Positions 9,845 to 19,251 of a stretch of 64,000 nucleotides of DNA are shown here, piece after piece (the first letter of the stretch is position 1; every line of letters starts with the position of its first letter). Under the pieces are notes generated by a model. The model ran no database searches. It was not told the origin of the DNA and was given only the letters and a program-made list of their open reading frames with translations. This DNA comes from an uncultured virus (IMG/VR IMGVR_UViG_3300027902_000007) (taxonomy: Duplodnaviria > Heunggongvirae > Uroviricota > Caudoviricetes), in IMG/VR virus record IMGVR_UViG_3300027902_000007, one strand, 5' to 3'. The position numbers were made by a program, and so were the translations under genes.

Positions 9845-10204
9845 CTACACAATTTTGACTTTCGCACCTGCAGCTTCCAAATCTACCTTAAACGATTCAG
9901 CTTCCTTTGATGTCATTTTCTCTTTAAGTGTGCCTCCAACATCTGAGAGATCTTTTGATTCTTTAAGAGATTTACCTGTGAACGTTCGAATAGATTTTAC
10001 TACTGCAATTTTATTTAAACCACAATCTATCAACTCTATTTTAAAATTTCTTGGTTCTGATTCTGTGGGCTTAGGTATCGCATTCTGAAGAATTAGATCT
10101 TGTTGTTTTAACAGTGCAGCGATATTGTTGTCTGACAATTTATGCTTATCCACTAAACATTTATTGATCGCAAACACTTCAGCAATAATTTTATCGGCAT
10201 CCAT
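9845..10204 (-). CDS. Ribosomal protein bL12 (L7/L12) C-terminal domain protein
   Basis: FKIELIDCGLNKIAVVKSIRTFTGKSLKESKDL...KEAESFKVDLEAAGAKVKI; N-terminal half not canonical L12. Confidence 0.85.
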   Translation of the reverse strand: MDADKIIAEVFAINKCLVDKHKLSDNNIAALLKQQDLILQNAIPKPTESEPRNFKIELIDCGLNKIAVVKSIRTFTGKSLKESKDLSDVGGTLKEKMTSKEAESFKVDLEAAGAKVKIV

Positions 10205-10242
10205 TGTCCATGAACTTTCTTAATCTTTTCTTATATACTGAT

Positions 10243-10959
10243 CTATTCTTTGAGTTTAAGCTGTTTTGTCAAATTTTTGATTGACCACTGCAGATTCTCT
10301 CTGGCCCTACGCTCATATTTCTTTTGGAAATATTCGTGATAATAAATTTTCTTTCGGTTTAAAAATGCCTGCAACACTCTTAATCTCTCCTGATTAAAAA
10401 TAGTCCTTGCGTATAAAAACTCTTTACGAATTTTTGACTCAAACTCAATATATTTCGATCTATTTTTACCAAAGATTGCTATGTCGATATCAGCCACAAG
10501 GCACTGATCATTCACGATAAATGCATCCACTGCCTCATTAGTCCCTAAAGTCCGTTCAATATACTTAATTTGATGCGTAGTGGCCATAATGTAACTTTCA
10601 ATCCAGCTTTCTTGGTCTTTGTACTTTAGCATCAAGATATTCTTCATTATTTCACAGCTCTTAGCCTCAGAATAACTCACGACGTCGTGAAACCACAATG
10701 CGATCTCTACTTCATCTTTGAACGTGGCCAGAGACGACGCCTTATCAAATTCTAATAGACAGTCATAAATGTGATCTAATGTGTGGTAGCACCGAGGAAA
10801 AGTTTGGTAAAACGGGAGGATGAAAGAATTAAACACGCCCTGTAGATCTCTCACTGAGTATTTGCTGTTGATCCTTCTTACTAAATTTTTCCAACGACCT
10901 CGTAAGTAGTCAACAACCCCGGGCTTGCATCTGTTATTCATGGTAAAGTAATCTATCAA
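10243..10959 (-). CDS. HD-superfamily metal-dependent phosphohydrolase
   Basis: RCYHTLDHI, ALWFHDVV, ATTH, DIDIAI. Confidence 0.8.
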   Translation of the reverse strand: MIDYFTMNNRCKPGVVDYLRGRWKNLVRRINSKYSVRDLQGVFNSFILPFYQTFPRCYHTLDHIYDCLLEFDKASSLATFKDEVEIALWFHDVVSYSEAKSCEIMKNILMLKYKDQESWIESYIMATTHQIKYIERTLGTNEAVDAFIVNDQCLVADIDIAIFGKNRSKYIEFESKIRKEFLYARTIFNQERLRVLQAFLNRKKIYYHEYFQKKYERRARENLQWSIKNLTKQLKLKE

Positions 10960-11022
10960 ATTATCAAAGAAAAAGAGCCCGAATTACTTCGGACTCTCTC
11001 TCAGTGCTGCTGTGGTGTTAAC

Positions 11023-11850
11023 TTACAGCGCCGTCGGTTGATAATGCTTTTTTGTCATCTTTCTTTCAATCTTGTCTTCAGCAGCTTGAATAGCCACATC
11101 TTTATTTGGCGACGTCTCTAAAACCTTTATGCCCCTTGGCGGATAACCGATCCGTCCGTAAACGTTAGCTGCGGCAAAATTGCCGTCTTTATCAGGAAAC
11201 ACAGCAAAATAATGATATTTATTAGCAGTGCCTTCTCTTTTTGTAAGGTATTTTCTGAATACTGGAACGTCAGTAGCAGCGTTAAGAGTCTTTCTTAATA
11301 TGTCTAAGATCTCACGTGACTGAGACCGCTTAGGATCGACAATCATTAGTCCGCTAGTCTCAGATCGCGGTGTGGGCTTTCCAGTTAGTCTGCGTCTTGA
11401 ACCTGGGTGTCTAGTTAAATATCCCCGTTGCCACTCTAGCGGCATTTCGTTCCAGTCACGTGCAATACGAAGAAACTCTCCTTGGATTGCTGCTAAATGT
11501 TTAAACATCGCCGGCCTCCTGATAATGTTTGCTTTATGTTCAACCGTTTTTTCCATTTCAGCTTCAGCTTCCATACCTTTTAACCTTGTATAGTAATCGC
11601 CTATTTCCGCGAGATGATCCATAGCTATTTTGGCAGCCTTCACAATGTCACTCGTGTGCTCAAATTCAACCTTGATACCCATGACCAACTGTCTCGGGTC
11701 AAAATCATGTGGGTATTTGCCGTCTGCTAATCCGCCCTTCATAGGTTGCCACATCTTGTCGAGCAATGCAATAAATTTATCATGCTCTCCATTAGTGTAC
11801 AAGACTCTCAGTCTCTTTTTAAGATCCACGTCATATTCCTCGTTCTTCAC
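11023..11850 (-). CDS. DUF5661-like domain + internal leader motif + WGR-like domain
   Basis: GGLADG..FDPRQLVMGIKVEFEHT..KIAMDHL..DYYTRL (DUF5661-like); C-terminal ANKYHY...VYGRIG...KMTKKHY (WGR-like); in-frame ATG 11508 with AGGAGG. Confidence 0.7.
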   Translation of the reverse strand: MKNEEYDVDLKKRLRVLYTNGEHDKFIALLDKMWQPMKGGLADGKYPHDFDPRQLVMGIKVEFEHTSDIVKAAKIAMDHLAEIGDYYTRLKGMEAEAEMEKTVEHKANIIRRPAMFKHLAAIQGEFLRIARDWNEMPLEWQRGYLTRHPGSRRRLTGKPTPRSETSGLMIVDPKRSQSREILDILRKTLNAATDVPVFRKYLTKREGTANKYHYFAVFPDKDGNFAAANVYGRIGYPPRGIKVLETSPNKDVAIQAAEDKIERKMTKKHYQPTAL

Positions 11851-12115
11851 AGATAGCTTTTAAATCCTCAATGGCCTTAGTGATATAGCCCTTAGCTATG
11901 TCCCTGTCTTTGTCATAATCTTCAATTGCCTTTACAATGTCGACAGGTTTTACCTTATTGTGCTTAACAATGTTAGCAGCTTGCTGCAACGCTGATTTTG
12001 GATGCTGGACGTCTTCAAATGTCTCTAAAATGCCAATCGCATCCCGCAGCGATTTCTTCTTATTCTTCATTGATAGTTTTACAAACTCTTGCTGTAATAA
12101 TGTTGAATAGTTCAT
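11831..12115 (-). CDS. Hypothetical protein with shared N-terminal leader
   Basis: Begins MNYSTLLQQEFVKLS; GGAG RBS. Confidence 0.65.
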   Translation of the reverse strand: MNYSTLLQQEFVKLSMKNKKKSLRDAIGILETFEDVQHPKSALQQAANIVKHNKVKPVDIVKAIEDYDKDRDIAKGYITKAIEDLKAICEERGI

Positions 12116-12241
12116 ATTCGTCTCCCAAATAATTACTTCTTATCAACCCAAGTTAAATTCTACATCATATTAGGTGAATAATACTAACTATGGACAAACG
12201 GCCGTTCAGCAGCCAAAAACTAAATAACGAAAGGACCTCTT

Positions 12242-12712
12242 ATGGGACTTGATGACATGGTAAAGAGTGTAAGCGATAGTGCGACGAAGCTCATCGATGA
12301 TGTTAAAAAAAGAGCAAGCACTATCATCGAATCCGCTGTCAACTTAGCCATTGAAAACGGAAAAAAGCGCTTAGAAGATCTCCGCAAAATACTACAGGAA
12401 GAACATGCGAAATTAGAAGCTAAAAAAGCAGAAGTGGTCAAAGAAATCAAAACGGCGGTTGAGACTGAACAGCATAACTTTTCTGCCTTAACCAAAAAAT
12501 TTGAACAAGAAATAAAAGACGACCTGTTGAACACCAAAAAAGAATTTTTAGCCGACGTGCAAAATGAGCGGTCTGCAATCAGTCACGAAGTAGAATTAAT
12601 AAAGGCTGAATTAAAAATTGAATTGCACAAAGAACTTTTAGACAAACTGGAGGCACGCATCAAGGAAGTCGGACAGTCAAACATCTTTACGCGCCTTTTT
12701 GGAAAAAAATGA
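12242..12712 (+). CDS. Coiled-coil hypothetical protein
   Basis: 156 aa, heptad-like E/K/L-rich helices. Confidence 0.6.
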   Translation: MGLDDMVKSVSDSATKLIDDVKKRASTIIESAVNLAIENGKKRLEDLRKILQEEHAKLEAKKAEVVKEIKTAVETEQHNFSALTKKFEQEIKDDLLNTKKEFLADVQNERSAISHEVELIKAELKIELHKELLDKLEARIKEVGQSNIFTRLFGKK

Positions 12713-13716
12713 ACTTCACTGAGTGGTTTGTTAAAAATAAGCTCGATAACAGTGAGGCGTGGTTTCAACAAAATCTGCTATTGGAAACGATTCTGGGTAG
12801 TCACGCCTACGGTTGCAACCGCGAAGATTCTGATTACGACGTCTACTGCATCGTGATGCCACGACGAGAACATTTATGGCCACAAAAATTTGGTTATATC
12901 CTCAACTTTGACGACATTCCCAGTTTTCGACGCAAAGAATTAAAGGGCGAGAATAGGACGAAAGTCAATGACAAGGAGGTTGAAATAGAATGGATCTCCG
13001 TTGTTGAATTCTTTAACCTTGCCGGTCTGAGTGGCTCACCAAATCTACTAGAAGTCTTATTCACCAAAAGAAACATGGTTACCGTAAGTTCAAAGATAGG
13101 CTGGATGCTACGTGATAAACGGAAGTTATTTCTCTCCTTAAAGACCTTCCATAGCTTCAAACACTACGCGTGTCGTCAGATGCAGAAGATTAGGTCAAAG
13201 GAGCCAGTATCGACAGACAGACGGAAGATTATCGAACAATACGGTTACGACATTAAAATGAGCTATCACGTCTTGCGGTTATTGGACGAGATGCAACAGA
13301 TGCTAATCGATAATGACATCGACCTGATGAGAAACAATTCCGAGTGTAAATTGATGCGCGAGGGTGCCTGGGGTGACCTTAGCAGGTTTGAGCGTGAATT
13401 CCAACGACGAATGGATTACGTAGAAGACTTGTCAAGAAAGACATCACTACCACCGCAGCCAGAATCTGCATCTTTACATAATTTTTTAAACGAACTAATT
13501 GAAGATTATTATGGTAATGAAGATAAAGCGCAACGCAATTTCGAGTACATTTCAACAAAAGATGTAATGGATAAGCTGTCAGAAATTACAGAAGCGCTAA
13601 ACGACTCAAAAGCTCCTAAAATAAATATACTGCCCAGTGATTGCACATGCACTGCAGACCAGTACGGCGGCGTTACAAATCCTAAATGCATAGTTCATGG
13701 AGATAAACGAGGGTAG
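12709..13716 (+). CDS. Pol-beta-superfamily nucleotidyltransferase (YcgL/RlaP-like)
   Basis: GSHAYGCNREDSDYDV (GS...DxD), GSPNLLEVLF, GYDIKMSYHVLRLL. Confidence 0.85.
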   Translation: MNFTEWFVKNKLDNSEAWFQQNLLLETILGSHAYGCNREDSDYDVYCIVMPRREHLWPQKFGYILNFDDIPSFRRKELKGENRTKVNDKEVEIEWISVVEFFNLAGLSGSPNLLEVLFTKRNMVTVSSKIGWMLRDKRKLFLSLKTFHSFKHYACRQMQKIRSKEPVSTDRRKIIEQYGYDIKMSYHVLRLLDEMQQMLIDNDIDLMRNNSECKLMREGAWGDLSRFEREFQRRMDYVEDLSRKTSLPPQPESASLHNFLNELIEDYYGNEDKAQRNFEYISTKDVMDKLSEITEALNDSKAPKINILPSDCTCTADQYGGVTNPKCIVHGDKRG

Positions 13717-14007
13717 TCATTTACTCTTACTCTCGTTATCACTCGACTTAGCCTCAAGATAATCCAATGCAGCCTGCTTGACAAAGAATAGGGCCACGCC
13801 TTCTGTGACCGCCTCTACTCCAAAGCCATAAGGCTTGTCATTTAAGACGTAGTACAATTCCCTAACATCAAGTCCACCTCGTCGAGCAAGTTCTTCAAGC
13901 GTCTGACTGTGATTGGTCTGCGCCTGACGCTCATGCGGCTGAATTAAGCCCCAAGGTATGACGTGCGGACAACCTTCTACAGGTTGTAATACTGGAAATG
14001 TTTTCAT
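13717..14007 (-). CDS. Conserved-looking phage hypothetical protein
   Basis: IPWGLIQPHERQAQTNHSQTLEELARRGGL. Confidence 0.6.
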   Translation of the reverse strand: MKTFPVLQPVEGCPHVIPWGLIQPHERQAQTNHSQTLEELARRGGLDVRELYYVLNDKPYGFGVEAVTEGVALFFVKQAALDYLEAKSSDNESKSK

Positions 14008-14402
14008 TTTAATGGTGACGGCTGTTCAATGGCCTCTTTAAAAAGTCTCTTTAGATCCTTCACGGTTTCTTCAAGCCTCGTCAAAACTTTATTTTGTAGT
14101 TCTTTTGAGTCAATTATTGAACCGAACAAATTTACGGGTGATGATTTGAGTCTTTCCTCTTCAGCCTTCATTTCTGCTATCACTTCACCCTTCCATTTAT
14201 CTACAATAAGAAATGGCAGTTGTTTTAACTGATTTTTCTCATCCTCAGTCTTCACCGAATCTGACAGATGATGATAGATCAGCATAAAATTCACAACAGA
14301 CAGATAAAGATCAAAATGATTTATTAACGTGTCCTTAATGTCCCTGTTTGGCTGCGAAAACAAACTAGCCATTTGCTTTACAAAATCGTTAGACTCCGCC
14401 AT
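14004..14402 (-). CDS. Hypothetical protein
   Basis: 132-aa ORF, GGAGG RBS. Confidence 0.6.
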   Translation of the reverse strand: MAESNDFVKQMASLFSQPNRDIKDTLINHFDLYLSVVNFMLIYHHLSDSVKTEDEKNQLKQLPFLIVDKWKGEVIAEMKAEEERLKSSPVNLFGSIIDSKELQNKVLTRLEETVKDLKRLFKEAIEQPSPLK

Positions 14403-14418
14403 TTTTCCTCCAAAATGA

Positions 14419-14444
14419 TGCGAGCGTTCCTAAGAACGCTCGCA
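14419..14444 (-). terminator. Hairpin, probable intrinsic terminator
   Basis: Perfect 11-bp inverted repeat TGCGAGCGTTC/GAACGCTCGCA just after the 14458 stop. Confidence 0.6.
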
Positions 14445-14457
14445 AATAACGTGCATT

Positions 14458-15588
14458 TTAAGAAGCAGCCACAATTTGCGAAATGTCATACTTACGATAA
14501 CGGATATTTAGTCCTCTTGCAAGTATGAGCCTATTCCACTCAACTTTTTTGCCAGGTAGTACGAACCCGTGTTCCCACTTGGCATTTTCAATCCACGTTG
14601 GCATCTTGTTGCCATCGTCACCGTTAAAGTGAAAAGCATATTCTGTTGCCCTTGTGGCAAATCTAAGTTTGGGAATGATTGTGGACGTGAGCTCACGTGA
14701 GCGATCTTCAACTGCCTTGAGTAGATCAGAGGGAGTAGAACCTTTGAAACCCGGCAGCATCGGACTAATCGATTTTGGCCACTCAAACATGAGCTGTGGA
14801 TAATCAATCTGTGCCTCAAGTGTCGGCACCTTAATCGATTTCTGTTCACCGACAACCGTTTTCTTCGGCCACTCTTTCTTTTCACCGCCAGTACCGCCTA
14901 TTTTGATACCCCTCTTCCTCATGTCAACCGCAGTGTCTTTGAGGAACTTTGCCTCTTCGGTGAGACGATCGATGAGCACTTTTGTGATGAGGTAATGCTG
15001 GCCGTAAAATGAGACCCACCTGTTCGGGTGCACGAAATTCTTGAAAACGACCGAATTACCAGTCCACAGCTTGTTGTCTTTCAGGAAGTCGTTCTCCTTT
15101 GCATCGGGGACAAATTCAATTGTCTTCCAACCATCATACCACGTACCGTCAAGATCTACAATCATAAAATTGCGGAAATTGCCGACGGAATCGGTGGTCA
15201 CGACGTTCGCATCGAGTATACGAACGGAAAATGAAAACGTCTCCTTATTCGAGACGACATTGAGAATCTTCCCGTGACGGTTGTCACCTGAGACAACGTG
15301 CTCACCCTCAGCAATTGTTCTCACACGACGACCCTCATATTTGGGAAGATTAATAACGGCACCTCTTTCTGCTAGGGCAAAAAGAAAGCACGCGAGGTCC
15401 AAGTCGGTGCCGACAAACACTCCGTCATCAGTATAAGCAGCGCCTGGACTACGAGTGAATAGATCGTAACTCCAGTGATTCAGCATCTTGTCAATGACCG
15501 GCTGAATAGCATCTGCCCTACTTAACGTCACCTGCATAAGCGGATTTTCAAGTACGTTGACGAGCGTACCTGCAACTTTTTTAGACAT
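14458..15588 (-). CDS. Hypothetical protein (376 aa)
   Basis: Long ORF, AAGGAGG RBS, no recognised motif. Confidence 0.75.
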   Translation of the reverse strand: MSKKVAGTLVNVLENPLMQVTLSRADAIQPVIDKMLNHWSYDLFTRSPGAAYTDDGVFVGTDLDLACFLFALAERGAVINLPKYEGRRVRTIAEGEHVVSGDNRHGKILNVVSNKETFSFSVRILDANVVTTDSVGNFRNFMIVDLDGTWYDGWKTIEFVPDAKENDFLKDNKLWTGNSVVFKNFVHPNRWVSFYGQHYLITKVLIDRLTEEAKFLKDTAVDMRKRGIKIGGTGGEKKEWPKKTVVGEQKSIKVPTLEAQIDYPQLMFEWPKSISPMLPGFKGSTPSDLLKAVEDRSRELTSTIIPKLRFATRATEYAFHFNGDDGNKMPTWIENAKWEHGFVLPGKKVEWNRLILARGLNIRYRKYDISQIVAAS

Positions 15589-15830
15589 ACTCTGTCCTCC
15601 TTTTGTGTATAGTGTTATTCTATGTTAATTTTGGCATCGACTTTACTTATAAAAAATGTATAATTCGTCTTCCGTTGTCCGTTTAAGAAATTCTGAAGGA
15701 GCACGTAAGCTCCATGATTTTACAACTATACTAATAATGTCATCCTCAGTTTTTCCTCTTTTTGCTAATCCCTCGTCGATTCGTCTATTAAGTTCTTCGC
15801 CTGCAACAAATGAAACAGTAAAATGGTTTA

Positions 15831-16247
15831 TCATAACTCCGCCTTATGTTGAGATTGATTTAGCTCTTTTATAAGAGCATCATCCCTCGTTATCTGCACA
15901 ATGTTTATAGAAATGGGAGCACTGTCTTTATCAACCCACAAGCTATCAAGGTCATTAATGGTGCCCACAAATCCAAATTCGTTCATTATCGTTTCAACAG
16001 AGGGTGGGCTTGGTAGTTTAGTCTTGTCTGGGATTGACACAGATAAATGTCGGCACCAACTGGGCGTCTGATTTTCAAATGAGAACACCACCCGGTAGCC
16101 GTCGGGAATCGTGCAGACGAAGTTTTTATCATCACCGACAACTAGACCCTTTTTTAACATCTCTAAACTTACTGGGTGCAACTTAGCATAATTGACGAGC
16201 TGGCTAATTATGCTTTTTATCTGGTCGTTGATTAAAAGTAATCGCAT
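15831..16247 (-). CDS. Hypothetical protein
   Basis: 138 aa; GYRVVFSFE...CRHLSVS. Confidence 0.6.
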   Translation of the reverse strand: MRLLLINDQIKSIISQLVNYAKLHPVSLEMLKKGLVVGDDKNFVCTIPDGYRVVFSFENQTPSWCRHLSVSIPDKTKLPSPPSVETIMNEFGFVGTINDLDSLWVDKDSAPISINIVQITRDDALIKELNQSQHKAEL

Positions 16248-16408
16248 CTGGTTTTAGAATGAGTTGTTGTTTTTTCTCATAAAAATAGAAATCGTCAGAG
16301 CGGTATGCATCGTCCAACTTCTTTGTCTTTATTCGTCGTCTGAAAAGTCGATGTAGTATCTTTTTTACAGGCGTGATAAAACTCATGATGTTATAATCAT
16401 CATAAAAT

Positions 16409-16729
16409 TCAAAGAATATCCTCGATTTTAAATGGTCGACGGAACGGATGATTTTTAGATTGTTTGGGGTAGGGTCGAGATGACTTTATCGACCTTATCG
16501 ATGAGATCGGTTTGTCTGGAAATATAATAGAATTGCAAGATCTACAATAATAAACTCGTTGCCTATTCTCAACTCCGTTATTTGAACACAATACTATTTT
16601 ATGATCGTTAAAATCTTCATCTTTAAATGGGCCGACACCGCATAAACTACAGTAATAATATGACTTTAATTCGCCGTTGCATTTGTAAAAATACGGCCTT
16701 GGCTGTGGCTTTTCATATTTGTGCTCCAT
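16409..16729 (-). CDS. Zn-finger hypothetical protein
   Basis: CSLC and CRSC pairs; start moved to 16729 because a terminator lies within the longer ORF. Confidence 0.55.
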   Translation of the reverse strand: MEHKYEKPQPRPYFYKCNGELKSYYYCSLCGVGPFKDEDFNDHKIVLCSNNGVENRQRVYYCRSCNSIIFPDKPISSIRSIKSSRPYPKQSKNHPFRRPFKIEDIL

Positions 16730-16766
16730 AGAGGTAATAATATTCCGTTTCATTGGCGAAGTTAAC

Positions 16767-16794
16767 AAAAAAAAGCCACTTCTTCTAAGTGGCT
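16767..16794 (-). terminator. Rho-independent terminator
   Basis: AGCCACTT/AAGTGGCT stem followed by a T-run on the minus strand, after the 16818 stop. Confidence 0.7.
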
Positions 16795-16817
16795 CACTTA
16801 TAAACACCTACAAATTT

Positions 16818-18257
16818 TTATTGGCTTTGCCGTCTAAATGGCGGTATAAATAAATTCGGCGGCGTCACGTTGCTCACACCATAAGAGTAGGGCTTTCGCT
16901 TTGGCTGCTTTACTTTAGTTATCCCTATTCCATAAGCAAACTCGTAGCTTGTTTGGATGCCGTCACCGACCCTAATTTTAATAAATCGTGAGCCGTTAGT
17001 CGGGTCGCCTATCATTTTGACGTCCACAGACGTGCCGTTCAAATTTATAATCTCGTACTGGTTGTCCGTGTCTGCGGGATATGCCGCAATTATAAAATCG
17101 TCAGGATAATGCTTGGCCGTTAAGACGGTCAGGTTATTAAGTATGATTGACACGATAGACCCTATTTCAACTATGGGATTGACTTTCTGAGTGACGATCT
17201 TTGGCCTCGTGGTCATAAATAATCTTACCGGATTAGCCTGCAGATTACTACCCTCGGCAACCAGCCAGACGTCATAATCTTGATTGTACAGGAGGTTCGC
17301 GGCTGCTAAGGTGCCCTCTACGTCGGCGGTAAGTCCGACCGTACCCCAAAAACCCGCCGCCACGACCGCGCCGTGGCCGTTCTTGTGGTCTTTCACCTGT
17401 TGGGACGTTGGCACAGCATCTGCCCGTGCCACAACCACAAAATAGGCTGTAGTAGCCTCAAGCGTTTTAACTAAAAATGTGGCTGACGTCTCGCCCTGCG
17501 TGCCGTTCTTTGGATAAGATGATGCCCAGGTCGGAGCATTCACGGCTGTAGTAACGAATGTTAATTTAGTCGGAGCGGCCTGCAAACTAAGATAGACGTC
17601 CTCAGCCACTAGATATGCATCATACGTCGTCGATTGCGTCAGATTAGCTGCGACAAAATCAGCTTCAGTTATTGCAGCCAACACCACTGATCCAAAAAAA
17701 CCTGCAGCGACGTGTGCGCCTGTAAAGTCTTCACCTGCTTTAACCTGTTCAGATGTCGGAGCGTGCGCACCGTGTGGCACAACGACAAAATAGGCATGAC
17801 CGCTAATGTTTGTTTTAACTAAAAATTGTGCTGCCGTCCTACCGATAGACCCCATCTTGGGATATGTTGATATCCAGACAGGCGGCGTCACATCGGCAGT
17901 TACAAAATCTATTTCAACCCGCGCGGTATAAGGACCGCTCAGGGGCATTCTAGCAACTAGATAAGCATCATACGCTGTCTGGGGCACTAAATTACTAGCA
18001 CGAAAGACATCTATCTCAGGCGGCGGAGCCTCGACATTTGCAGTCAATGGCACTGAACCAGAAAATCCAGAAGCAACCGGAGTGCCTGTTGAATCTTTAC
18101 CTTCTTCTATCTGAGACTGTGACGGTGACGGATCGCCGTGCGGCACGATTACAAAATATGCCGTGCCATCCTGATCACATTCGGCTAAAAATCGTGCCGT
18201 CGTGCATGTAATGTCCCAAATCTGTGGGTAATACGCATTCCAATTAATTACAGCCAT
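16818..18257 (-). CDS. Protein with three tandem FN3/Ig-like repeats (probable virion surface protein)
   Basis: Three ~110-aa repeats: W...YP...T.A.FL......AYFVVV.....P...Q...GF.G.V.L.A..E....NL.....YD..LVA; AGGAGG RBS. Confidence 0.7.
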   Translation of the reverse strand: MAVINWNAYYPQIWDITCTTARFLAECDQDGTAYFVIVPHGDPSPSQSQIEEGKDSTGTPVASGFSGSVPLTANVEAPPPEIDVFRASNLVPQTAYDAYLVARMPLSGPYTARVEIDFVTADVTPPVWISTYPKMGSIGRTAAQFLVKTNISGHAYFVVVPHGAHAPTSEQVKAGEDFTGAHVAAGFFGSVVLAAITEADFVAANLTQSTTYDAYLVAEDVYLSLQAAPTKLTFVTTAVNAPTWASSYPKNGTQGETSATFLVKTLEATTAYFVVVARADAVPTSQQVKDHKNGHGAVVAAGFWGTVGLTADVEGTLAAANLLYNQDYDVWLVAEGSNLQANPVRLFMTTRPKIVTQKVNPIVEIGSIVSIILNNLTVLTAKHYPDDFIIAAYPADTDNQYEIINLNGTSVDVKMIGDPTNGSRFIKIRVGDGIQTSYEFAYGIGITKVKQPKRKPYSYGVSNVTPPNLFIPPFRRQSQ

Positions 18258-18408
18258 AATGCCTCCTGTATAATTTACGGTGTCACTATTAAGAAGTTGT
18301 CTAAGTTCTAATGTTTTTGTCTACTAGAATATATAAGATATAAAGGGATTTTCAACATTATCGACGCGTGCAAATCTTTGTTCAAAACCCATCACTTAAA
18401 CCACACAT

Positions 18409-18440
18409 AAAAAAAGCGCAAAATTTAAATTTCGCGCTTT
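18409..18440 (-). terminator. Rho-independent terminator
   Basis: AAAGCGC...GCGCTTT stem plus T-run on the minus strand after the 18454 stop. Confidence 0.6.
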
Positions 18441-18453
18441 CATTCTACTAAAA

Positions 18454-19233
18454 TTACTTCTTTGTTATTTTTGTTATGCCGATCTTGCCGTCTTTCAGGA
18501 AAATATTTACTGCCTGTCTCTTTTTAAGTGACAGACAGGAGCGAGGAATGCCCACGCGGTAATCTTTACGGACACGTAAGGTGTTGGGTATTCCCTTGAT
18601 AAGTACTTTACGGCTGGCGGCCACAGAGTCACCGGGCTTTAAACCAAGCGCCTTGATGAATGCAGTCGGTATCCGTATTACGTTCTGTGTGGTGTCCTTA
18701 ATTTTTCGCTGTTGTATGTTAATCGGCTGCGATTTCTTTGCTTTTGTCTTTGCTGATTTTGCGGAAGCAGAAACAGATGTAGCCGGAGTCGGTGTAGTCG
18801 GTGCTGCAGGCGCGGTCGGCGGTGCTGTCACCAACGTTGCCGGTGACGGTGACGGTGATGATCCTGCCGGACACTGCGAAGCAGCAGTTTTAGGTTGTGC
18901 CTGAGGATCTGTTGATTTATATCCGTGCTCCTTCTCGAATTCATCAGGTGTCGTTGCCTGCGCATTCCTGTCGTTGTAATTGATAGGATCTGCGAAAAAA
19001 GGATAATAGAGAGTGGCCCGTTCAGTGTCGTTATTGACAGGAATTGACGTTGATGTGTAGCTGTCGCCCGTCCCCCTGTTCGTAGTATCGAAATTACCGC
19101 GCAACCACTCAGCTACATCGTGGTTAGCAATCCATGTGCCGTCTTTCTTGATCGCGTTGCAGATATTCACAGACGTGAACATCTTCTGCGCATTGATAAA
19201 CTCAACTACCTTTGCTTTAATTGTGGCTTGCAT
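18454..19233 (-). CDS. Two-domain protein with P/T/A linker and AbrB/SpoVT-like C-terminus
   Basis: IRIPTAFIKALGLKPGDSV and RVGIPRSCLSL...VNIFLKDGKIGI resemble swapped-hairpin repeats. Confidence 0.5.
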   Translation of the reverse strand: MQATIKAKVVEFINAQKMFTSVNICNAIKKDGTWIANHDVAEWLRGNFDTTNRGTGDSYTSTSIPVNNDTERATLYYPFFADPINYNDRNAQATTPDEFEKEHGYKSTDPQAQPKTAASQCPAGSSPSPSPATLVTAPPTAPAAPTTPTPATSVSASAKSAKTKAKKSQPINIQQRKIKDTTQNVIRIPTAFIKALGLKPGDSVAASRKVLIKGIPNTLRVRKDYRVGIPRSCLSLKKRQAVNIFLKDGKIGITKITKK

Positions 19234-19251
19234 ACAGCATCTCCTTTTGGT

